This document shows, one piece after another, positions 51,689 through 64,000 of a stretch of DNA of 64,000 nucleotides (its first letter is position 1; every line of letters starts with the position of its first letter). Below the pieces are notes generated by a model. The model saw only the letters and a list, made by a program, of their open reading frames with translations. It was not told the origin of the DNA and did not search any database. The DNA is from Octopus vulgaris. Taxonomy: Eukaryota. Made by a program: the position numbers and the translations under genes. The DNA is taken from NCBI GenBank assembly GCA_951406725.2, contig OX597825.1, forward strand, positions 71,734,001 through 71,798,000, in the 5' to 3' direction.

Positions 51689-52083
51689 CTAGCAGTATCG
51701 CCCGGCGTTGCTCGGGTTTGTTTCGACCCTTTAGAATTGGAAATTTTTGAAAAGTAAAAATTTTGCATTATGTAGCTTGTTATTCTCTTTAAGTGAACAT
51801 TTTTCTGGTTGAGATACACCGAAAAATGGCGACACAGCAGTCAAAAAATCGTAAAAAATAGGGATTTTCATAGAAAAAAAAAGCACGTTTTTGATGTAAA
51901 TAATTGTTGGTGTTAACATGGTCCGATTTGAATTTTTTCTTCTACGAAAGGAAGAGCAAGCCTTCTTCTATCATACTCTCAATTTTGGTCAACTTGCGCC
52001 GCAGGGTCTCGGAGGAGATAGTGTTAGTTGAAGGCTACCAAACCTGCCATACACAGACAACTTCAGCTTTATATATAGAGAGA
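51689..52083 (-). mobile_element. non-autonomous Helitron
   Basis: Minus strand A|TCTCTCTATATATAAAGC ... CCCGAGCAACGCCGGG hairpin, CGATACTG-CTAG|T; AT insertion site, no TSD. Confidence 0.8.
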
Positions 52084-52099
52084 TTTTAACCATATTTTA

Positions 52100-52857
52100 G
52101 GTGAATTTCAATATACTTAATAATTGATGTAGGCTCTTTAATAATCAGCAGAAGATTGGTAAAGTGGAAAAGCACGATAAATTGGTACCGCATGAGCTCA
52201 ATGAAAATCAAAAAGTTCTGCGAAACACCAAACCGTAAACGATCAGGTGAATGGCTTTATCGTGAAGAATCCCCCAAACATTTCCCAAAGCCAAAGTTGT
52301 ATCAGCAAAAGATTATGGTGACTGTCTAGTAGTCTGCAGTTGACGTTATCCATTACAACTTTCTGGAAGCCAATTAGAACATTAGAGCAGAGGTTTGCTG
52401 CAATCATCTCGCTGAAATGCATGCTCACTCGCAAAAAATGAGACCTGCATTGGTGAATCGGCGTGGCCCAATTCTGCTCCACGATAATGCAAGGCCACAT
52501 GTTGCAAGAATGACGTTGCAGAAACTCACAGACTTGGGGTACGAGACTTTACCACATCTTCCATATTCTCCTGATCTTTCACCGACTGACTACCATTTTT
52601 TAAAGCATTTAAACACGTTTTTAAGTGATAAAACTTTCAGGTCCAAACCAAAGGTAGAATCAACATTCAAAGATTTCTTAGCATCAAAGCCAATAAGTTT
52701 TTAATCAACGTGGCATAAATAATCACGTTGATTGTTGGCAGAGATGCAGAGATGTCGACGGCTCATACTTTGACTAATCAAAACATTTCTATTGTTAATT
52801 TTTCCAGAATAAAATTATGTTTCTGAAATCGACCATTATTTTCGGATCAATCTAATA
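52100..52857 (+). mobile_element. mariner (DD34D) transposase pseudogene, 3' portion
   Basis: KHFPKPKLYQQKIMVTV, RRGPILLHDNARPHVA, LPHLPYSPDLSPTDYHF; TIR-like end CCATTATTTTCGGATCAATCTAATA. Confidence 0.9.
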
Positions 52858-53081
52858 TTATGGAAATCGGAGATCAAATGATGATGATGATACATAGATG
52901 TGTTTGTGTGTGTGTGTATTTGTACATGGGTACATGTTTTTGCCAGATGGCTTTTCGGTGGCAACATAGTTAGTATCGAGCAGGAAAAACCAATTGGCGC
53001 TTGCAACGTTGACCCTGCCGACTATCCATAAAGCTTATAAAATGCTCAACGGAAAGAGAGCGGTGCAAAGGCTTAATAAAT

Positions 53082-53262
53082 ATTTCGTCTGTCGTTACGT
53101 TCTGAGTTCAAATTCCGCCGAGGTCAACTTTGACTTTCATCCTTTCGGGGTCGATAAATTAAGTACCAGTTACGCACTGGGTCGATGTAATCGACTTAAT
53201 CCGTTTGTCTATCCTTGTTTGTCCCCTCTATGTTTAGCCCCTTGTGGGTAATAAAGAAACAG
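53082..53262 (+). mobile_element. SINE family A headless unit
   Basis: Starts at TATTTCGTCTGTCG, the same point as internal multimer units. Confidence 0.85.
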
Positions 53263-53388
53263 ATAGTCGGATGATTAAGAATGTATGCTTCGCAATAACA
53301 ATACCTTGGGTTCGATTCCTATGCGTGGCATATTCGCTAAGAGTCTTTCACCATATCTTCAATATGTCCCTAGATGTGTGGGATTCAG

Positions 53389-53457
<69 letters not shown>

Positions 53458-53520
53458 GTGTATATATGTGTCTATATGTGTGTGTATGTGTATGGGTGTG
53501 TGAATATGTACATACATATG

Positions 53521-53730
53521 TACAGTGTGGCCCCAAAGTAGGTTTACAGTTATCACGTAGGCACTTTTAATTTCTTTTAAAACATTTTATTTCATTTAAA
53601 TTTCTATCTTACAATTAACTAAATTAGAATAGAATAATGGCTTCATATTATTTTATGATTAAGGTCTAAACTGTTAATGCGAAAGAGATAGTTGAATAAC
53701 TGTAAACCTAATTTTTGGGCCACCCTGTAT
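53521..53730. mobile_element. Tc1/mariner-type MITE
   Basis: TACAGTGTGGCCCCAAAGTAGGTTTACAGTTAT / ATAACTGTAAACCTAATTTTTGGGCCACCCTGTA. Confidence 0.85.
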
Positions 53731-53733
53731 ACG

Positions 53734-53803
<70 letters not shown>

Positions 53804-53933
53804 GCGTGTATGGACATATGTGTATATATATATATTTATATATATACATACATACATACATGTGTGTGTGTGCGTGTCTGTGTACATACACATGTATATA
53901 TATGTATATATACATATATACATATGTATGTAT

Positions 53934-53979
<46 letters not shown>

Positions 53980-53996
53980 TGTGTATGTACCTATAC

Positions 53997-54061
<65 letters not shown>

Positions 54062-54135
54062 TGCATACACGTACTCACAGGTACAAAGACAGATACGTAT
54101 AATTATAAATATATAATTATTCATATTCATGCATA

Positions 54136-54180
<45 letters not shown>

Positions 54181-54219
54181 TATATAATGTATGAATGATG
54201 TATGAATGTATTTTATGTG

Positions 54220-54250
<31 letters not shown>

Positions 54251-54432
54251 ACGCTCACACACACACATTCACACAGACATTCACACACACACACACACGC
54301 ACACATACTTACACGCCACCTACACATGTTCACGCTCTCACTTACAAAAAACGACGCTTGACCCTATTCATGTGTAACCATCCATGAGCTAACACACCCA
54401 ACATCAATCACCTCATCTTATTAAATGTCTTC

Positions 54433-54491
<59 letters not shown>

Positions 54492-54500
54492 TCCTTCTTT

Positions 54501-54532
<32 letters not shown>

Positions 54533-54669
54533 TCGTTCGCTCGCTCGTTCATTCTTTTTGTAGTCGTTTTTATTTATTATGATGGGTGGCGGCGGTTTCA
54601 TCGGGTACGTTGCCTTTGAACTGTTTCGTATCATTCACTGTAGGTTCATGTTCCACCCTGCAGCAACCG

Positions 54670-55107
54670 GTGACGGTGATGGTGACTACCACAACGACGA
54701 CGACGACCACCACGACCACCACGACCACCACCACGACGATGATGATGTTGATGGTGGCTGTGGTGGTATCGGTGGTGGATGTGGTGGCGATGATGAATAT
54801 GAAGGATGATAATGATGATGGTGATTGAGAAGATGAAGATGAGTATTGTAATGATGCTGATCAGGGGGTCTTAGTGATGACGATGACGCAGTCGGGTTCA
54901 TGGTGATTATGATGATGATGGTGATGATGAAAATGATGATGATGATGATGATGATAATGGTGATGATGAAAATGATGATGATGATGATAATGATGATGAT
55001 AGGTTGTGATGATGATGATGATAGGTTGTGATGATGATGATGATAGGTTGTGATGATGATGATGGTGGTGATGGTGGTGATGATGTCGACGACGACGACG
55101 CCGATGG

Positions 55108-55147
<40 letters not shown>

Positions 55148-55262
55148 GATGACGACGACGAACACGCCGATAGCTGTGGTTGTTGCGGTGGTGGTCGAGG
55201 TGATGATGATGATGATGGTGGTGATGATGATGAAAATCGTAACAACGGCGGCGATGACAACG
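54670..55262. repeat. (GAT)n/(GAC)n/(GGT)n trinucleotide field
   Basis: Directly visible. Confidence 0.9.
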
Positions 55263-55330
55263 AATACGTATAAAATTAGAATAGAGAAGGAGGGAGAGAA
55301 GGAGAGAGAGAAAAAAGAAAGAAAGCGAGA

Positions 55331-55369
<39 letters not shown>

Positions 55370-55537
55370 TGTGTGTGTTTGGGGTGTTGATTTGTATTTT
55401 GTTGTAAGGTGATTGTGTGCAGCATGTATTAAGTGGGATGTTGTTGTTTAACCCCAGGTCAACACTGAGTGAGCGGACCAATGATCAGGCAGACAATCCC
55501 GCTCCTATCCTTTTAGTAGCGTGTCAAGCTACATAAA

Positions 55538-56128
55538 GGCGGCGAGCTGGCAGAATCGTTAGCAAGCCGGGCGAAATGCTTAGCAGTATTTCGTCTGTCT
55601 TTACGTTCTGAGTTCAAATTCCGCCGAGGTCGACTTTACCTTTCATCCTTTCGGGGTCGATTAATTAAGTACCAGTTACGCACTGGTGTCGATCTAATCA
55701 ACTTAATCTGTTTGTCTGTCCTTGTTAGTCCTCTCTGTGTTTAGCCCCTTGTGAGTAGTAAAGAAATAGGTATTTCGTTTGCCGTTACGTTCTGAGTTCA
55801 AATTCCGCCGAGGTCGACTTTGCCTTTCATCCTTTCGGGTTCAATAAATTAAGTACCAGTTACGCACTGGTGTCGATCTAATCAACTTAATCTGTTTGTC
55901 TGTCCTCGTTTGTCCTCTCTGTGTTTAGCCCCTTGTGAGTAGCAAAGAAATAGGTATTTCGTTTGTCTTTAGTTCTGTATTCAAATTCCGCCGAGGTCGA
56001 CTTTGCCTTTCATCCTTTCGACTTAATCCCTTTGTCTGTCCTTGTTTGTCCCTTCTGTATTTAGCCCCTTGTAGGTAGTAAAGAAATAGATATTTCGTCT
56101 GTCTTTATGTTCTGAGTTCAAATTCCGC
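55538..56128 (+). mobile_element. SINE family A multimer (three units plus a partial fourth)
   Basis: Junctions AAAGAAATAG(G/A)TATTTCG. Confidence 0.9.
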
Positions 56129-57541
56129 AAAATTTTTATGGAATACAGTAAATGAATAACAAATTCGGATTCAGCGTCAAAAATTACTTCTGTACGATAC
56201 ATTAAAATATTAAAAAAATATTATTGTAAACAGTGAAAGACCACAAGAATCCGTTCTGTTTCTAGCGGATCAATACTTCTGGATCGCTTTTATGCTTTTT
56301 CATATACTTCTTTTAATGGTCTTCTATTTGTTTCAGTCATTGGACTACAATTATGCTGGGGCATTACCTTGACAGATTTGGCCAAACAAATCGAGCCCAG
56401 TACTTACTTTTGAATGCCTGGTACTTATTCTAACGTTCTCTTTTGTCAAACCGCTAAGTTACAGAGACGTAACGTAAACAAACTAGCACCGGGTGTCAAG
56501 TAGAGAAGGGGAAAACACAAACAAAAACATAATCACATAATGCACACATGCACGCTCACACACACACGCACACACACACACGCGCACACAAATATATATA
56601 TATACAACGGGCTTCAACACAGTTTCCATCAACCAAATTCACACAAAAATATATGTTCTATGAGAGGTACGCTGATATCACACATATCTTGATATATTCA
56701 CATAAGATTTTTGAGTCAGCATTTATATCTGCTGAGCATATGGTAACTGTCTAGACCTGAAAACGGATAAAAATTGATACCAAATTGCGGCAAACCCGGC
56801 ACATAACAATCTGGTCACAATCATCTCATTGTACTGATTGCCAAGTCTGGACTCGATACTAGAACCAATACCTGCCCAAAGTGCCATGCAGTGGAACTGA
56901 ACTCGAAACCACGTAGTTGTAAAGCAGGTCTCTTAACCTCCCAACCATGCCTGCACAGATTATATACTTATTTCTGTAATTATCATTGTTACCGTTGTAT
57001 AATGTATATGCAAACAAGGAACAACAATAGCTGTATTATTTTGTCTCATAGAAACATCTCAAAGAAATTTTGTCGCCCCAAAAAACAGTCTGAACGCCCA
57101 TCCAGCCGTTCCAAATCCGCGAATCCAAGCAGCCGCGCACAATCGTCAAATTGCCGTTAAGCTTACAGATTGAAGAACTTACGTAGTAGAATTGAACACG
57201 GAACCACATAATTGCGAAGCGAAATTCTAATAAAACATACAATCTTAGTTTCAACGACTCAGGTAGCTGCGACACCTTCAATCAATTAAGCTGACAAAAG
57301 ACAAAAAAAAAAAAGAAAAAAATTTAAAAAATGCCAAACCAAAAACATGATAAAAATTCAAGAAAAAAAAAACAACGCTTGACTTTGAGAGTTCTTTTTT
57401 GTTTTGTTTGTTTTTAAATCATTACTCCAGAAATTCCTTCTAATTGATTTTCACATTAAATAAATTTATTTATAGATTTCTTTCTTTATTTCTTTAGCTA
57501 TCAGTCGATAAATTCGTGTATTAATTCACACATTTGAAGTG

Positions 57542-57666
<125 letters not shown>

Positions 57667-57678
57667 ATATATTATATA

Positions 57679-57803
<125 letters not shown>

Positions 57804-58251
57804 TATATATATATGGCGAGAGAAGGAACGAGAGAGATAGTGACGGGAGTGGCTATGGGTGGATTTGAGTAAAGCAGCAGCGGAATAGTATGACGGTTAA
57901 TTAAATTCTCTATAAATTCAACATGGTGACTAACATGGCGAATTTTGAAATAAATGGCGATTTTAAAACATCTTAATGGAAATATGTAATTAGATTGAAA
58001 CGAGGTGGTGAGGTTAAGTGAGTAGTTGTGTTTGTGTAAGTGTTGCTAGTAACATGGATATACATAGATACACACACACACACACACGCACAGATGCACA
58101 CACACACACGCGTGCAGATACACACACACACACACACACGCACGCATACAATATGGCTGTCCTAAATATCTGTGCGTTGTGAATGTAATTCTGTGTTTGT
58201 ACGTTTGTATGTATGCGTGCGTGTATAGTCCTATGTATCTGTGTGTGTGTT

Positions 58252-58293
<42 letters not shown>

Positions 58294-58428
58294 TTTGTGC
58301 TGTACACTCCTCAAATATGCATTAATGCACTACAACAACTTACATATGCGAATGAATATACTTTAATAAGTGCTCACACATACATATACACACAACAGCA
58401 CAATTTTTATATGTGTATGTATATATAT

Positions 58429-58591
58429 AGGCGTAGGAGTGGTTGTGTGGTAAGTAGCTTGCTTACCAACCACATAGTTCCGGGTTCAGTCCCACTGCGT
58501 GGCACCTTGGGCAAGTTTCTTCTACTATAGCCTTGGGCCGACCAAAGCCTTGTGAGTGGATTTGAAAGACGGAAACTGAAAGAAGCCCGTC

Positions 58592-58600
<9 letters not shown>
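58429..58600 (+). mobile_element. SINE family D, 5' half
   Basis: Head through GAAGCCCGTCGTATATA. Confidence 0.85.
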
Positions 58601-58638
<38 letters not shown>

Positions 58639-59153
58639 TGGAGTACAGGACGTCAAAAAACGTAAACAACCTGAAATATGAAGGCAAACTTGGGTATGCG
58701 AGCAACGAGAGAAGCAAATGGTAAACAAGACAAGTAACATAAATAATGACCCTTCATCAGTTGTCGACTGTTTATCTACTCCACCTTTCGAGCAATTCAC
58801 GACAATACGAGGCTTCGAAAAACAGTTGCTCTCGCGATCCAAAATAAAATTTGGGATTTGCGGAGGGTCAAAGTTGGTAACAAAAACAGGACAGTGGAAA
58901 CATACAACAAACCAAACGAAAAGAAACATGGAGGGTTGTTAGACCAGACGCGGTAAGGTAGCGAACGCTGGAGGAATATTCTTTGACAAGAGAAAAGATA
59001 GGAGAGGAGACAGAGAAGAATGCGTATAGTCTGTGCGACAGAATGAAGGAAAAGAAGGATGATCACGTGAGGAAAAGAAAGATGGACGATGGTCACGTGT
59101 AAGCAACGTGAGAGAGAGAGAGAGAGAGGAAGAGAGAGTAAAAGAGGAAGATG

Positions 59154-59197
<44 letters not shown>

Positions 59198-59555
59198 AAA
59201 CGGTGAAGGGGAGAAAGAAAGAATTAGAGAAAGTATGAGAGAGAAAAACGAAAGGAGGAGAAGGGGAGAAAATATTTTTATTTATATTATTATATGATTG
59301 AAAGTCATGCAACCATTTCCAAGTAAGTTTATCTTAATAATTTTGATGCGACTATACCCTGTATTATTCTCTCTCTCCCCCTTTCATTTTCTCTCTCTTC
59401 CTTTCTCTAATTCTTTTTTCTCCCCTTCTATATGTGCAACTGTGTGTGAATAGGTGTGCACATATATCTTACAGCTGTTTCTAGAAAATTTAAACATATG
59501 GATCATCATATTGAGTAAGGATTCCATAAGCTGAATAATTCGTCATCAGATGGAG

Positions 59556-59620
<65 letters not shown>

Positions 59621-60264
59621 CAGAAAGATGTAAAAATGAAGGAATTTTTCCAGTTTTATGGATTATCATCGAAATTTCTCATTTGAAACTGCTAATGAAC
59701 ATTGCCTGTAATTGTATTATTTGTTTGATCATGGAACTACCGAACACATGCATATTTTACTCTGACTCTCCTCCATTTTTGACAAATTAGAATACTTAAA
59801 TATCCTCGAGTGAGGATGTTCCTGCCTTTTTACATTTCTCTGACTTCTCCCTGTGTGCATATATATACACACGAAAACAAAATACACACTTTGAACAAGA
59901 AGTTCCATAATTTCATAGCAGAGGCTGGGAGAGGTAAAGCTTACTGACCCCTCACCGGCACACTCGGTGTTTGTCCAGAGGGTTTGTCTCTCGTTTTGGG
60001 AATTTAGCTTCAGTAATGCATCTAGTGATCAATAAGTGTATCTGGTATGTCTGAGATGTCGCATCTTCTATTTGTGATATAATCAAAATTTTGTTGAAAT
60101 GAAATGTGGTATTCGATATTGTGAAAAAAATTATATTCACTGAATTGAGTTGTAACTAAAAACAATAAACGTTAGTGTCAATGTCCTATACATATCTAGT
60201 TTCATGCTCTATGTTCATCGTTTACATCAAAATATAATTGATGAAGAAACGTCAGTAGACAGAT

Positions 60265-60814
60265 ATTGGTTTCAAATTTTTGGTACAAGTTTAGAAAATT
60301 CGGGGGAAGGGATAAGTCGGTATATATTTTATCGACCACGAAAGAATGAAAGACAAAGTCGACCTCGGCAGAATTTGAACTCTGAACGTGAAGACGGACG
60401 AAATGCTGCTAAGCATTTTGCCCGACGTGCATAACGATTCCGCCAGCTCGCCGCCTTTCTGGAGATAGATATTTTTCTTTTACTCTAAGCACAAGGCACG
60501 AAATCTTTGGAGATGGGGCCAGTCGATTAGATCGACCCAAGTACGCAACTGGTACTTAATTTATCGACCCCGAAAGGATGAAAGGCAATGGCGACTTCGG
60601 CGGAATTTGAACTCAGAACGTAGCGGCAGACGAAATACCTATTTCTTTACTTACCACAAGGAGCTAAACACAGAGAGGACAAACAAGGACAGACAAACGG
60701 ATTAAGTCAATTATATCGATAACAGTGCGTAACTGGTACTTATTTAATCGACCCCGAAAGGATGAAAGGCAAAGTCGACCACGGCGGAATTTGAACTCAT
60801 AACGTAAAGGCAGA

Positions 60815-60816
<2 letters not shown>
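60265..60816 (-). mobile_element. SINE family A copies
   Basis: Three core blocks GGATGAAAGGCAA..GGCGGAATTTGAACTC. Confidence 0.85.
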
Positions 60817-60883
<67 letters not shown>

Positions 60884-60884
60884 C

Positions 60885-61121
60885 TTTAATTCTTTTATTC
60901 TTTTATTTGTTTCAGTCATTCGACTGCAGTAGTGCTGGACCACTGTCTTTAGTTGAAAGGATCAACTCCAGGACTTTGTAAGCCTAGTACTTATTCTATC
61001 GTTTTTGCCGAACCGTTAAGTTACGGGAACGTAAACAAACCAATATCAGTTGTCAAGTGATGCTGGGGGTGGGGACAAACACAGACACACAAACATATAC
61101 ATACATACGTACATACATACG

Positions 61122-61176
<55 letters not shown>

Positions 61177-61525
61177 TTATTTATATATATATATACATAC
61201 ATATATATATATACGATGGGCTTCTTTCAGTTTCCGTCTCCCAAATCCACTCACAAGGCTTTGGTCGGCCCGAGGTTATAGTAGAAGACACTTGCCTAAG
61301 GTGTCACGCAGTGGGACTGAACCCAGAACCATGTGGTTGGGAACCAAGTTTCTTACCACACAGCCACTCTTGTGGACTTCCTTCGATTTCCGTCCACCAA
61401 ATTCGCTCACAAGGATTTGCCTAGCACGAGACTATAGTAGATGACACTTGTGTCAGGTGCTGCGCAGTGGGACTGAATCCGAGGCCGTGTGGTTGAGAAG
61501 CAGACTTCTAACCACGCAGCCATGC
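60885..61525 (-). mobile_element. SINE family D plus an adjacent degenerate head
   Basis: Tail, internal microsatellite and head all present. Confidence 0.85.
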
Positions 61526-61788
61526 ATACGCACATACACAATATACACATGCTAAAACACCTAAACGTACTCCCAGAAGCACTCGAATTTGTATCGGTGT
61601 AAACAAGCATAAATTTTTTCGGTTAATATCTTGGAAGCGTGTCTAAGTAGCAAAAATATCGTGGCATAAATAAGTGTGTGTGTGTGTGTGTGTATGTCGG
61701 TATGCATGCATGTATGCATCTATTTATGTATGTATGTAAGTAGCTATCTATCAATCCATCTATCGGTCTGTCTGCCTGCCTGCCTATA

Positions 61789-61899
<111 letters not shown>

Positions 61900-61952
61900 A
61901 GATGTATGTGCGTGTATATATATATATTTATGTGTGTGTGTGTGTGTGTATG

Positions 61953-62006
<54 letters not shown>

Positions 62007-62038
62007 TATACATATATATATATATGTATATATATATG

Positions 62039-62176
<138 letters not shown>

Positions 62177-62495
62177 TTGGCACCATGCAGAAAGCGAAGC
62201 TTGGACATCTATATCTCAATTAAAAACATCACGATATGAAATGGGAACATCTATCTTAAATGCCTATAATTGAATATATATATAAATGTGCGTGCGTGTG
62301 TGTATACGTGCATATACATACATGCACACCTATATGTAACATATACGTCCACAAACATTTGTATGCACATAATCATATGTGTACATACGTATGTATGTGT
62401 GTTTGCGTGTGTACATACATATGCATAAATATGAAAAAATATATATATGATAAAATAATATATAGTATATTACAGTATATATATGTATATGTATA

Positions 62496-62641
<146 letters not shown>

Positions 62642-62694
62642 TATTCACGCACACTTATATATCCATAAATATATGTATCTCCGTGTGTCTATGT

Positions 62695-62744
<50 letters not shown>

Positions 62745-63024
62745 CAATAAAAAAAAATGGGGAAAAAAGTAGCCGTGACCAAGTGAAAAACAATCAAGAT
62801 GGAGGAAACTAAATTAAAGTATTTCTTTTTCGATTTGAGAACATCTTTTAAAGCAACACTAAATTTCTATGGCTGCTTTACTTAACTGCCGATTCGTTTA
62901 AAGATTCTATCTCACTGCGGCGCCGTCACCGCGCCTCCCGCAGCCGCTGCCGCCGCCGCCTAATACGACGATAATGTTGCTTGGTCCTGATATTGCTGAT
63001 GTTGGTGGATGAACGTGTTGGGGG

Positions 63025-64000
<976 letters not shown>

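Overview
AT-rich, repeat-saturated eukaryotic genomic DNA. The SINE families, (TA)n/(TATG)n/(CA)n/(GAT)n density and transposon mix point to a coleoid cephalopod, most likely Octopus (inferred, no search run). Nearly all long ORFs in the track are microsatellite artefacts. Two plausible host genes: an intact, single-ORF FAR-17a/AIG1 (AIG1/ADTRP-like) membrane hydrolase (9863-10564, -) and a probably spliced, divergent linker-histone H1-like gene (~25212-25896, -). The rest is tRNA-derived SINEs of several modular families, decayed CR1-like LINE, Tc1/mariner, Tigger and Chapaev3-like fragments, a non-autonomous Helitron, MITEs and minisatellites. The most unusual signal is a set of fold-back elements embedded in (TA)n tracts. 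One family (6813-6930, 23657-23782) is a perfect palindrome with a hammerhead-ribozyme-like motif on both strands; the only two differences between copies are mirrored in both arms and fall at tolerant hammerhead positions.
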